Assembly (NCBI GenBank): GCA_022710775.1
Contig: JAKLGH010000003.1
Span: 14,073 to 78,072, forward strand
From: Patescibacteria group bacterium
GTDB taxonomy: Bacteria > Patescibacteriota > Minisyncoccia > Minisyncoccales > UBA5738
DNA length: 64,000 bases
Direction: 5' to 3'
Shown: piece by piece, positions 55,815-64,000 of the stretch
Position numbering within the stretch: position 1 is the stretch's first letter
Layout: each line of letters begins with the position of its first letter
Made by a program: the position numbers and the translations under genes
Notes under the pieces: model-generated
The model's database searches: none
Seen by the model: the letters and a program-made list of their open reading frames with translations, nothing else
What the model was told of the DNA's origin: nothing

Positions 55815-56264
55815 TTACTGAAGTATTTCGTCTAATTTTTCCGCTATTTCGGCCAATTCGGCTTTCGGCTTTTCTTTTTTGGCGGCTGGTTTTTTTACTT
55901 CCTTGGTTTCTTCTTCCGGAGTTTCTGCGGTCACTGTTTCGGTCGAGCGTTTTCGGCGCAAGGGGGTTCTGGGGGTGAATGGGGCATAAACGATCGTAAG
56001 CGACCGTAATATCCGCGGTTCTTCTTTTAATCCGTTAGTAAAGGTTTCCAGATCCTTGGGCTCTAATCCGAAAATCACCGTATTTACATAGGCGATATCC
56101 CTTTTTGAAACCGGATAGGCCAGCCTTTTTTTATAAGGTTTCTGGAATTCGGTTACCACTCCGTTTTTGGCAACAATCGCGGCAGTGAGTTTTTCCTGCA
56201 GGCTTTTTACGTCTTCTTCGGATAGATCCTGCGCTGTCAGATACGTCAATTCGTATTGTTTCAT
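55815..56264 (-). CDS. rpsF: 30S ribosomal protein S6 with Lys/Glu-rich C-terminal extension
   Basis: The track ORF extends to 56357. ATG 56264 gives MKQYELTYL..., the typical S6 N-terminus. Confidence 0.85.
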   Translation of the reverse strand: MKQYELTYLTAQDLSEEDVKSLQEKLTAAIVAKNGVVTEFQKPYKKRLAYPVSKRDIAYVNTVIFGLEPKDLETFTNGLKEEPRILRSLTIVYAPFTPRTPLRRKRSTETVTAETPEEETKEVKKPAAKKEKPKAELAEIAEKLDEILQ

Positions 56265-56479
56265 ATTGTAATCTTTGTCATCTTTATTATGGGTCCTTCG
56301 CCGTCTGATTTTTATTAAATAAAACAAGCGGCGGGGGAGATGGCAAAGCAAAATCATTCTAGCTTAAAACATAAGATAAGTCAACGTTCCAAAATCGTTT
56401 TTACCGTGTTATAATTTATCAAGCTTGCGAATAAGCTGCCCGAGGCAAAATCCCGGGACATTACCGTATTTATAACCTT

Positions 56480-57895
56480 ATGCCTATAAAAGATAATATT
56501 TTCCGGAGCTATGACATTCGCGGGATATATCCCGAAGAAATAAACGAAAACGCGGTTTATTATACAACGAAGGCTTTTTGCATCCAGTATCCCCATATGC
56601 GGAAAGTGGTATTGGCCTATGATCCGAGGCCGAGTTCCCGGCCTCTCGCCGATGCGGCAACTAAAGCTTTTATGGAAGCCGGTATGGAAGTGATAGATTT
56701 GGGCATTGCGCCGGACCCTTTATGGTATTTTTCCATTTTTCATTACAATTACGATGGAGGCTTAATGATTTCAGGATCGCATAATCCGTCCCATCATAAC
56801 GGGCTTACTTACCATGCCCGGAAAATAGCGGGTGTCCCGAGCGAGGAATTAATGGGTAAATCTTTGCAGGACTTAAGGGAGCTGGCCCAGAAACTTGACG
56901 CGGAAAAAGCGTCGGGGGAATCATCGGGAAAAGTTACAAAATATGACCCGTCTGAAGAATACATCAGTTATATTATTTCCAAGGTCAAGATTCCGCGGCC
57001 TTTAAAGATCGTTTTGGATACCGGCAACGGAGCTTGCGGCTATCTGCCCGAGCGTTTGTTCAAAAGATTGGGTTGCGATGTTTTGACGATGTATGGTGAA
57101 TTCGACGGTACTTTTCCTAACCATCTGCCAGATCCCTATGTCGAGGCAAATCGCCTTGATCTCGAGAAAAAAGTTCTGGAGATCAAAGCCGATATGGGTT
57201 TTGCCTACGATACCGACGGCGATCGGGTGGCGATCATCGACAACCGGGGCAGATCGGTGAACGGTGATGATTCATTGCTCATTCTGGCACGCCAGGCCGT
57301 GGAAAAGAAAACAGGCAGTGTTGTCCATTGCATGCGTACGTCCAAGGCTTTTATCGATGATATGGCCAAGCGGGGGGCGACAACCCATTTTTCCGTTTCC
57401 CATCATAATGCCGTTCGGGAAAAAGTAAAACAGCTGGGCGCGGTATTTGGCGGGGAGATCACGTTCCATTACGCGTTTCCGTTGGATTATTATCTGGTTG
57501 ATGATGCGGTGTTTGCATCGGTTGAATTGGCGATCGCCGCGGCTCAACAAGCCGATTTTGCTGCTTATGTCGATACTTTGCCTCATTATTTTGCCAGCCC
57601 GGAATTGTTCGTAAACGCTGCCGACGACGTTAAATTCGGCATTATCGATAATCTCCAAAAATATCTCCGGGAAAATAATTATAATTTTATCGATGTTGAC
57701 GGCGCGCGGATCAACTTCGAGAACGGTTGGGCTTTGGCGCGCGTTTCGAATACCACGCCGATCATTAAATGCCGTTTTGAAGGAAATACCGCCGAGGCCT
57801 TGCGCGAGATAGAATCGAAAGCAATCGATATTTTCAAAGCTGCGGGAATTCCCATTACGGATAAGGATCTGGAGACGCTGGGATTGATCGGATAA
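56480..57895 (+). CDS. alpha-D-phosphohexomutase (phosphomannomutase/phosphoglucomutase)
   Basis: 471 aa. Active-site loop MISGSHNPSHHNG, metal site FAYDTDGDR, GEITFH sugar-binding loop. Confidence 0.85.
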   Translation: MPIKDNIFRSYDIRGIYPEEINENAVYYTTKAFCIQYPHMRKVVLAYDPRPSSRPLADAATKAFMEAGMEVIDLGIAPDPLWYFSIFHYNYDGGLMISGSHNPSHHNGLTYHARKIAGVPSEELMGKSLQDLRELAQKLDAEKASGESSGKVTKYDPSEEYISYIISKVKIPRPLKIVLDTGNGACGYLPERLFKRLGCDVLTMYGEFDGTFPNHLPDPYVEANRLDLEKKVLEIKADMGFAYDTDGDRVAIIDNRGRSVNGDDSLLILARQAVEKKTGSVVHCMRTSKAFIDDMAKRGATTHFSVSHHNAVREKVKQLGAVFGGEITFHYAFPLDYYLVDDAVFASVELAIAAAQQADFAAYVDTLPHYFASPELFVNAADDVKFGIIDNLQKYLRENNYNFIDVDGARINFENGWALARVSNTTPIIKCRFEGNTAEALREIESKAIDIFKAAGIPITDKDLETLGLIG

Positions 57896-57907
57896 GATTA
57901 TCAAAAG

Positions 57908-57931
57908 AAAAAGCGCCATATGGCGCTTTTT
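57908..57931. terminator. bidirectional intrinsic terminator between the phosphohexomutase gene and trpS
   Basis: AAAAA-GCGCC-ATAT-GGCGC-TTTTT. Confidence 0.7.
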
Positions 57932-57975
57932 CGCGTAACGGGGATATTCTTTGAATTTTTTTGAATTTTTTGAAT

Positions 57976-58950
57976 TTATAATCCCATAGCGGTTTTTATT
58001 TCCTGCATCGTTGATTGGGCGATGGTTGCCGCTTTTTGGGAGCCGCGGCGCAATATGTCGTTTACATACACTTCGCGGGTGAGCAATTCCTTCCTTTTTT
58101 TTGAAAAAGGTTTGAGGTATTCAGCCAGGTATTCAGCCAGCGAATTTTTGAAATCGGAGTAGCGTTTTTTTTCGAATTGTTTTTCCAGCTCTTCGATCGG
58201 TTTGCCGGAAGCCAGGGAATAGATTGTCAGCAGATTTGAGATGCCTGGTTTTTTAACGGGATTGAATTTAATATCCTTGCCTGTGTCGGTAACGGCGGCC
58301 ATTATTTTGGCCTTGATTGATTCTGGCTCCTCGAACAGGCCGATGAAGCTTTTCGGATTGCCGGTTTTGGACATTTTTTTATCGGGCTCAGTCAAAGACA
58401 TGATCTTGTCTCCTACCTGGGGCAGGAGCGCGCGCGGTTCTTTGAGGATTTGGCCGAAACGTTTATTAAAGTCGCGGACGATTTCGCGGGTAAGTTCCAC
58501 GTGTTGCTGCTGGTCTTTTCCGATGGGAACGATATCGGTTTGATAAAGCAGAATATCGGCTGCCATCAGAATCGGATAATTAAGCAAGCCGGCGTTGACG
58601 TATTCCGGATGCTGTTTGGATTTGTCTTTGAACTGGGTCATCCTTTTGAGCTCGCCCAAAGGGGTGACGGTCCCCAGAAGCCAGGCCAGTTCCGCATGTT
58701 CTTTGACGGAGGACTGGATAAAAAGGATGCATTTTTCCGGATTGAGTCCGGCGGCCAGATAATCGATTGCCAATTCAAAAATATTGGCTTTGAGATTTTT
58801 AGGGTCGTAAGGCGTCGTTATAGCGTGCAGATCGACAACGCAAAAAACACAATCTTCTTTTTCCTGGATCGTGATCCATTGGCGCATCGCGCCAAGGTAA
58901 TTTCCAAGATGCAGGTTGCCGGTTGGTCTAATGCCTGAAAATACGCGCAT
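57976..58950 (-). CDS. trpS: tryptophan--tRNA ligase
   Basis: 324 aa. HIGH-type motif TGNLHLGNYLG and KMSKT. Confidence 0.95.
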   Translation of the reverse strand: MRVFSGIRPTGNLHLGNYLGAMRQWITIQEKEDCVFCVVDLHAITTPYDPKNLKANIFELAIDYLAAGLNPEKCILFIQSSVKEHAELAWLLGTVTPLGELKRMTQFKDKSKQHPEYVNAGLLNYPILMAADILLYQTDIVPIGKDQQQHVELTREIVRDFNKRFGQILKEPRALLPQVGDKIMSLTEPDKKMSKTGNPKSFIGLFEEPESIKAKIMAAVTDTGKDIKFNPVKKPGISNLLTIYSLASGKPIEELEKQFEKKRYSDFKNSLAEYLAEYLKPFSKKRKELLTREVYVNDILRRGSQKAATIAQSTMQEIKTAMGL

Positions 58951-58963
58951 AAGAAATTTAATT

Positions 58964-59035
58964 TTCGAATATCCGAATATTCGAAATCCGAAACATTAAT
59001 CGTTTCGAATATTCGAGCTTCGTGCTTCGAATATT
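58964..59035. promoter_or_regulatory. cluster of CGAATATTCG palindromes upstream of trpS (candidate operator sites)
   Basis: Perfect 10-bp palindromes at 58974-58983 and 59006-59015 (32 bp apart). Half-sites TTCGAATAT at 58964 and 59026. A third full copy lies at 61257-61266. Confidence 0.4.
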
Positions 59036-59045
59036 ATTTATAATT

Positions 59046-61031
59046 TTAGACTTCTATAACTACCGGAAGCACCATCGGCCGGCGTTCCGTCTTGGTGAAC
59101 AGGAAGTCGCCGATCTTGTTGCGTATTTCGTCTTTGATGTAGCTCCAGTTCACGGCACCGCCCGAACCGGTGGCGTGGTTGATGATTTCGACGGTTTTTT
59201 TACGGGTGTCTTTAAGCAGTTCTTTGGACTCCCTCAAATAGACAAAGCCGCGGGAAATAATGTCGGGCGAGCCTTTAACCTTGCCTGTGGCTCGGTCAAC
59301 GACAGTAACAATCACAAACATTCCGTCTTCAGCCAGAACCTGGCGGTCGCGGAGCACTACTTCGCCGACGTCTCCGACGCCAAGCCCGTCAACCATCACA
59401 TAGAATGCCGGAACTTTGTCCTTTTCAACAGTCATTGATCTTTGGGTTAGCGTGGCAATTTGTCCGTTTTCCAGAATAGCGATATTTTCCTTTTTTATTC
59501 CAACCGATTCGGCCAATTCGGAATTTGCTACCAGCATGGAATATTGGCCGTGGATCGGCATAAAAAATTTAGGGCGCATCAAACGCATCATCTCCGCCAG
59601 CTCCTCCTGCTTGGCGTGGCCGCCAGCATGGATATCCATCATTTTATAGTGGAATACTTTTACTCCTTGCCGCAAAATATCGTCTTTCAGCCGCTGGACC
59701 GTCCGTTCGTTGCCCGGGATTACCGAGGACGAAAAGATCACGGAGTCGCCTTTTTTGAAACGGAGGAATTTATGCGTGCGGCTGGCGATTTTCATCAAAA
59801 CGGCATCTGATTCCCCTTGGGCTCCGGTGCAAATCACCGTAGCCTGATCTTCCGGGTAATTATCAACTTCTTTCAGCTGGATGAATGTCTCCTTTTTTGC
59901 CTGGATATACTTAAGCTGGCGGCAGACCTCGACATTTATTTTCATGCTGTACCCGTCGATGGCAACTTTCCGGCCGTACTTTTCCGACAAATAAATTAAC
60001 TGCTGGATGCGGTTTAAAAGCGATCCGAAAGTGGCGGCAATGATGCGTCCTTTGGATTGTTCAAAGATCTTCTCCAGGTTTTCAAAGATCTCTTTTTCCG
60101 AAAGGGAATGTCCAGGTTCTTCGGCGCCGGTTGAATCCGACATCAGAAGAAGGATGTTGCGCCTTCCGATTTCGCGCAGCCGGTCAAAATCGGTCGCCGG
60201 TTCGTTTACGGGGCTGTTGTCGAATTTGAAATCGGAAGTATCGATTAGATTGCCGACCGGCGTCTCGATAAAGAATCCGTAGTTGTCGGGAATATTGTGG
60301 TTAAGCCGGAAGAACTCGACATTGAACGGTCCGAGTTTGAAGCGGGATCCGTCATGGGCGTCTTCTATGTCCAGTTTCGGAAGATTCGGGAAATCTTCCT
60401 GGCGCCGCAAGATGATTGCCTTGGTCAGGTTGGCGGCTATGATTCTTAATCCGGGGTGCCAGATTTTTTCGATCAGATAGGGAACGGCTCCGATATGGTC
60501 GTAATGGCCGTGGGTAAAAACGATTCCCGCGATATTTTTTTTCTTATTTTTCAGATATTCGATGTTGGGGATGATATAGTCTATGCCCGGCATGTCTTCT
60601 TCGGGCATACGGAAACCCATATCCAATATCAAGATCGAATTTTGGTATTCAACCAGAGTCATATTTCTTCCAACTTCTCCCAATCCGCCGAGAGGGATGA
60701 TCCGCAAATTTTTTCCTTGTCCGCGCTGCTGTTGTTGCGGTTGCGGCTGTGTTTGTTGTTGCTGAGGTTGGGATTGTCGCTGCCGGCGGCGAAATTTGTT
60801 CGGTCGCGTTCCTTGCGGAACAGCCGCCGGCGCCGCGGGGCGCGTGCCAGCCGGATTTACGATTGAGGGTTGGGGCTTTTTAACGCGAAAAATATCCGGT
60901 TTTGGCGAGTTCGCCGGCCGGAATTTCTTGATGTTCTTGAATTTTGGAACTTCCGGTCCGAAAATGTCTTTAATCACGTCGTCGAGCCTGTCGGGTAATC
61001 CTTTCGGATCCATAGGATTTGTATTTTCCAT
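59046..61031 (-). CDS. rnj: ribonuclease J with a roughly 115-aa basic, Gln/Pro-rich N-terminal extension
   Basis: 661 aa. Metallo-beta-lactamase motif HGHYDHIG and beta-CASP region. The conserved core begins near LRIIPLGGLGEVGRNM. Confidence 0.9.
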   Translation of the reverse strand: MENTNPMDPKGLPDRLDDVIKDIFGPEVPKFKNIKKFRPANSPKPDIFRVKKPQPSIVNPAGTRPAAPAAVPQGTRPNKFRRRQRQSQPQQQQTQPQPQQQQRGQGKNLRIIPLGGLGEVGRNMTLVEYQNSILILDMGFRMPEEDMPGIDYIIPNIEYLKNKKKNIAGIVFTHGHYDHIGAVPYLIEKIWHPGLRIIAANLTKAIILRRQEDFPNLPKLDIEDAHDGSRFKLGPFNVEFFRLNHNIPDNYGFFIETPVGNLIDTSDFKFDNSPVNEPATDFDRLREIGRRNILLLMSDSTGAEEPGHSLSEKEIFENLEKIFEQSKGRIIAATFGSLLNRIQQLIYLSEKYGRKVAIDGYSMKINVEVCRQLKYIQAKKETFIQLKEVDNYPEDQATVICTGAQGESDAVLMKIASRTHKFLRFKKGDSVIFSSSVIPGNERTVQRLKDDILRQGVKVFHYKMMDIHAGGHAKQEELAEMMRLMRPKFFMPIHGQYSMLVANSELAESVGIKKENIAILENGQIATLTQRSMTVEKDKVPAFYVMVDGLGVGDVGEVVLRDRQVLAEDGMFVIVTVVDRATGKVKGSPDIISRGFVYLRESKELLKDTRKKTVEIINHATGSGGAVNWSYIKDEIRNKIGDFLFTKTERRPMVLPVVIEV

Positions 61032-61148
61032 AATCTTGCAAGTAGTAAAAATAAACAGAGTTCAAATGAACAATAAAGGTTGGACCTGATTGGTTATTTG
61101 TATCTCTTTTTTCTACAGTTGTTTAATAATCTCAAATGAGAATGTTGC

Positions 61149-61233
61149 TGGTGCGGGCAAGAGGGGTTGAACCTCTATGGATTTCTCCACACGGCCCTGA
61201 ACCGTGCGCGTCTGCCAATTCCGCCATGCCCGC
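61149..61233 (-). tRNA. tRNA-Leu (anticodon CAG), CCA encoded
   Basis: The reverse complement reads GCGGGCA-TG-GCGGAATTGGCAGACGC-G-CACGG-TTCAGGG-CCGTG-TGGAGAAATCCATA-GAGGTTCAACCCCTC-TGCCCGC-A-CCA. Confidence 0.9.
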
Positions 61234-61347
61234 GGGTCCCGCTGTTGCGGGAAGCACGAATATTCGAAGTTCGAATGTTTGAAACGAAACGATAAGCGAT
61301 AACAGTTTTGTACTATGACACCGCTGATTTGTAAATAATTCTTTGCC

Positions 61348-61376
61348 TTGACATCAAACTTATTTTTCGCTATTTT
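61348..61376 (+). promoter_or_regulatory. promoter candidate of the 101-aa gene
   Basis: TTGACA (61348-61353), N17, TATTTT (61371-61376). Confidence 0.45.
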
Positions 61377-61402
61377 GCATTCAGTTCTTAAGGAGGCAAA
61401 AG

Positions 61403-61708
61403 ATGTACATCGTTAAATTATTGGTTTATCGTACCGAAGAGCTGCCAAAAAAATTCGATGTGACGATGGAAGAAGAAGATTTGAACAGATTTTTATCCGA
61501 ATATCGCGAAGTGAGCGAAAAAGTTGGTTGGTGGCTTAGGCAGGCCCGGCTAAAATGTTGCTGGTTTCTTCCAGACTTGGAAAGATGCAACGATACGCTG
61601 AACTGGCTTTCTCATCACATATTGGTTCATCCTTTAGTCTTGGAATATATGGCAGGCGGTAGTTTTGAACCTGCGTTCGATGATGCGCTTAGTAAGGCAG
61701 ATGCTTAA
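61403..61708 (+). CDS. hypothetical Trp/Cys-containing protein, 101 aa
   Basis: A complete stand-alone unit: promoter, AAGGAGG RBS 6 nt before the ATG, and an intrinsic terminator after the stop. No motif recognised. Confidence 0.7.
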   Translation: MYIVKLLVYRTEELPKKFDVTMEEEDLNRFLSEYREVSEKVGWWLRQARLKCCWFLPDLERCNDTLNWLSHHILVHPLVLEYMAGGSFEPAFDDALSKADA

Positions 61709-61710
61709 GC

Positions 61711-61737
61711 TTCCAGGTTTCACCTGGAATTTTTTTA
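61711..61737 (+). terminator. intrinsic terminator
   Basis: TTCCAGGT-TTC-ACCTGGAA followed by 7 T. It overlaps the galU stop on the other strand. Confidence 0.7.
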
Positions 61738-62610
61738 ATCCAGTTTCAGGGTTTTCAAATATTCCTTTATCTCTTTGGAAAAATCGGGGTGGTTTAGGGC
61801 GAATTCAATCACCGTTTTCAGATATTCGGTCTTGTTTCCCGTGTCGTAATATTTACCGTTCTGGATTTCACAACCGTAGACCGGATAGCCGCTTTCGATG
61901 AGATTGTTTATCGCATCGACCAGCCAGATCTCGCCGTTGCGCGGTTCCAGTTTTTCGATTATTCCAAAAATTTCCGGCGGCAGAATGTAGGCTCCGTGGG
62001 TGGCCAGATTTGAAGGCGCTTCCTCGGGCAGCGGTTTCTCGACAATTTTTTTGATCCTAAAGATTCCATTTTCCACTTTTTCCATATCTGCTATGCCGTA
62101 GCGGGATACGTCGTCTTTTGATTCTATCCTGACCGCGGAAATCACCGCGCCGCGGTATTTTTTATAAACTTCCATGATCTGCGCCAGGCGCGGAGGTTTT
62201 GCCATAATAAATTCGTCTCCCCACATTACCGCAAAATCTTCGCTTCCGACTGCCGGCTTGGCAGCCAGTACCGGCATGGCATTCCCGTAATATTCTCCTT
62301 TCTGCCGGATATAAATAAAATTAGCCAGCTGGGCGATTTTTTTGATGAGCAGAAGGTCTTTTTCCTTGCCGTGGATTTCCAAATGTTTCTCCAGCTCGAA
62401 TTGCCGGTCAAAATGATCCTCGATGGCGCGTTTTTGCCACCCTGTGATCATAATCACGTCTTGAATGCCCGAAGCGACCGCTTCTTCGACAACATATTGG
62501 ATGATCGGTTTATCGATGACCGGAAGCATTTCTTTCGGCATTGCCTTGGTTGCGGGAAGAAATCTTGTTCCCCAGCCGGCTGCCGGAATCACAACTTTTC
62601 GTATGCTCAT
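61735..62610 (-). CDS. galU: UTP--glucose-1-phosphate uridylyltransferase
   Basis: 291 aa. VIPAAGWGTRFLPATKAMPKEMLPV signature. Confidence 0.9.
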   Translation of the reverse strand: MSIRKVVIPAAGWGTRFLPATKAMPKEMLPVIDKPIIQYVVEEAVASGIQDVIMITGWQKRAIEDHFDRQFELEKHLEIHGKEKDLLLIKKIAQLANFIYIRQKGEYYGNAMPVLAAKPAVGSEDFAVMWGDEFIMAKPPRLAQIMEVYKKYRGAVISAVRIESKDDVSRYGIADMEKVENGIFRIKKIVEKPLPEEAPSNLATHGAYILPPEIFGIIEKLEPRNGEIWLVDAINNLIESGYPVYGCEIQNGKYYDTGNKTEYLKTVIEFALNHPDFSKEIKEYLKTLKLD

Positions 62611-62831
62611 ATTTTTTGTGAATAATTATACGCGAATTATGCTTGGCGGTTTTGCGCGGAAAACCGGATACGACAATTTAAAAGGAGATATGTAGAAGAT
62701 CAAATATCGCCTTATTTGATGAGTTTTTGCTGGTTTCCGGATCTTACTCCGCTGTTTAAAGCTGAGTTTGTCCGGATAACGGGAATAAGGCATTATAACA
62801 CAATGGCTGGTTTTTACAAGAAAAGCGGCTT

Positions 62832-63704
62832 TTACCAGATTTTATTGAATTCCCATCCCTGTTTTTTGGCATTGTCAAAATAATTTTTCAAAATGTTTTC
62901 CGAATCCTGGTCGGTCTGGTTTTTTCCGATAATGTAAAGAATGCAAAGTAATGAGCCTAAAAAAGAATCAATGTTTAATTCATAAGAATCGCCTGGGCCC
63001 TCGTATTTGCAGTTCAGGCAGAAAACCAAGCGGTCCTGATTGGGCTGGATGAGCATGCCGTGCACGGCGTTGGAATAGCCGCATCCGTTGGCTCCCAGGT
63101 TCGCGAGGGTTTCGGCGATCTTTCTGGTAGCCATCCGTCCGATGGTTTCGTATTTATCCTGAACCATGAAGAAAATAAACTTATATTTCCGCAAATCGGG
63201 GATTTTAAGCTCGTTGATCGTATTTTTGATCGTACCCAAGTCTTCGTTCAAAAGCCAGTAGATCATCGACGCATACGTGCTGATGTTATAAGTGGGCGGT
63301 TCAATGATCGCCGGGAATATGAAAACGTCTTGAGCCTTCAGAAATTTTCCGGCTGGCGGCTCCGGATTATTGGTTAAGAGTTTCGGCTGCCAACCATTTT
63401 CGGTGAGCCATTGGGCCATTTTTAGCCCGTCTTTTCCGCCCGAGGCATTAAGGATATATACGTCTGATTCCCGGTCGGGCCCGTTGCCAAAAAACGTCTG
63501 GTAATTGCATACGTTCAGCGCGTGTCCGCCCAGGATTTGCGCAAAGATTTTGGCGGTATTTGCGGCATCGCCGCTTCCCATAAAAATATTAAGGTTGCTT
63601 TTTTTGATCTTTTGCTCCGGATATTTCCAGGCTGGCAGGTTTTCCAGAGTTTTAATGACGTAATGGTCTAATTTTTCGATTTTTTCCGTTTTGTCCATTG
63701 CCAT
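62832..63704 (-). CDS. hypothetical protein with SIS-like (sugar isomerase/phosphosugar-binding) pattern
   Basis: 290 aa. FMGSGDAANTAKIF and VYILNASGGKDGLKMAQWL..G...KLLTNN resemble the SIS fold signature (GxGxS...; xxSxSGxTxE). Weak assignment made by eye. Confidence 0.5.
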   Translation of the reverse strand: MAMDKTEKIEKLDHYVIKTLENLPAWKYPEQKIKKSNLNIFMGSGDAANTAKIFAQILGGHALNVCNYQTFFGNGPDRESDVYILNASGGKDGLKMAQWLTENGWQPKLLTNNPEPPAGKFLKAQDVFIFPAIIEPPTYNISTYASMIYWLLNEDLGTIKNTINELKIPDLRKYKFIFFMVQDKYETIGRMATRKIAETLANLGANGCGYSNAVHGMLIQPNQDRLVFCLNCKYEGPGDSYELNIDSFLGSLLCILYIIGKNQTDQDSENILKNYFDNAKKQGWEFNKIW

Positions 63705-63731
63705 TGTTTTGTTTTTTTAATCCGCGGGCGG

Positions 63732-64000
63732 TTATTTCCAGATGCGCTTTTCTTTCAGATACCAATTTTGGACTCCGGAGAACCTTTTGGAGGGGTCGAC
63801 AATAATCCCGGTACTAATTCCTTTTGTTCCCGAAGTCAGATAGTAGTAGTTTTGGTTATAAAGAAACACCGCGGGAGAATCTTTGATCAGCAAATCTTGG
63901 AAAGATTCGAGTTTTTTAGCCCGCTCCGCCGCATCGGAAGTTTCCCGAATCTCTTTTAGAAGTTTATCACAGTCGTCGTTTTCGTACAAAGATAGATTCA
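63732..64000 (-). CDS. 3' end of an ABC-transporter family-5 (peptide/nickel type) substrate-binding protein (5' part outside the window)
   Basis: The frame stays open to base 64000. The C-terminal pattern ...ERAKKLESFQDLLIKDSPAVFLYNQNYYYL... is typical of SBP_bac_5 tails. Confidence 0.65.
   Translation of the reverse strand, partial: NLSLYENDDCDKLLKEIRETSDAAERAKKLESFQDLLIKDSPAVFLYNQNYYYLTSGTKGISTGIIVDPSKRFSGVQNWYLKEKRIWK

Noticed and set aside
57951-57975. Tandem TTGAATTTTT repeats (about 2.7 copies) after the bidirectional terminator.
   Set aside because: This is a short AT-rich low-complexity duplication in a terminator-flanking T-tract with no further structure.
58951-59045. T-box riboswitch upstream of trpS.
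   Set aside because: The leader is only about 95 nt. It lacks the conserved T-box sequence (…GGUGGUACCGCG…) and specifier-loop architecture.
1-64000. Alternative genetic code (UGA recoded, as in some CPR lineages).
   Set aside because: All large conserved genes are intact under code 11. TGA terminates well-supported genes (e.g. the GNAT gene at 7492-7494) at the expected protein length.

Overview
Compact, gene-dense bacterial window with about 60 protein genes and 3 tRNAs. I saw no rRNA, CRISPR array, transposase, integrase or reverse transcriptase. The standard bacterial code fits: long housekeeping ORFs are intact and TGA is used as a stop. The gene content suggests a Patescibacteria/CPR-like organism, but this is inference only. 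That content includes a secretin-less type IV pilus locus, cohesin-domain surface proteins, an O-antigen-ligase/TPR membrane protein, a short RpoB and many small membrane proteins. Layout: 0-2 kb holds two membrane-anchored surface proteins, then tRNA-Ser(GCU), a P-type ATPase, an aminotransferase and a GNAT. tRNA-Ser(UGA) sits inside a 7.3-12.1 kb stretch of small unknown genes and gene remnants. Next come a GH-J glycosidase, rluB, gmk, an anchored AMMECR1-like fusion protein, an ITPase, an IMPase and a phosphoesterase. From 21.5 to 35.7 kb lie comFC plus a complete type IV pilus/DNA-uptake locus (pilM-N-O, pilB, receiver, pilT, pilC, 3 pilins, pilD, 4 minor pilins). These are followed by ligA, a SEDS protein, an O-antigen-ligase-like protein, rpoB-rpoC-ftsK, two tandem paralogous fibre-like proteins, recA and rpsF-ssb-rpsR. 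The window ends with a phosphohexomutase, trpS, rnj, tRNA-Leu(CAG), galU, a SIS-like protein and the 3' end of a substrate-binding-protein gene. I cannot point to an unambiguous new multi-gene system. The most interesting unexplained items are: (i) the fibre-like paralog pair, which differs by one domain cassette; (ii) structured non-coding spacers inside the pilus locus; (iii) a 9-bp-periodic repeat/inverted-repeat array between rpoB and rpoC; (iv) a long hairpin-rich rpoB leader; (v) an orphan promoter-to-terminator unit after the ATPase; (vi) CGAATATTCG palindromes bracketing rnj and tRNA-Leu; (vii) gene remnants around the GNAT gene and tRNA-Ser. All functional calls come from motif recognition by eye, and no database search or folding program was run.
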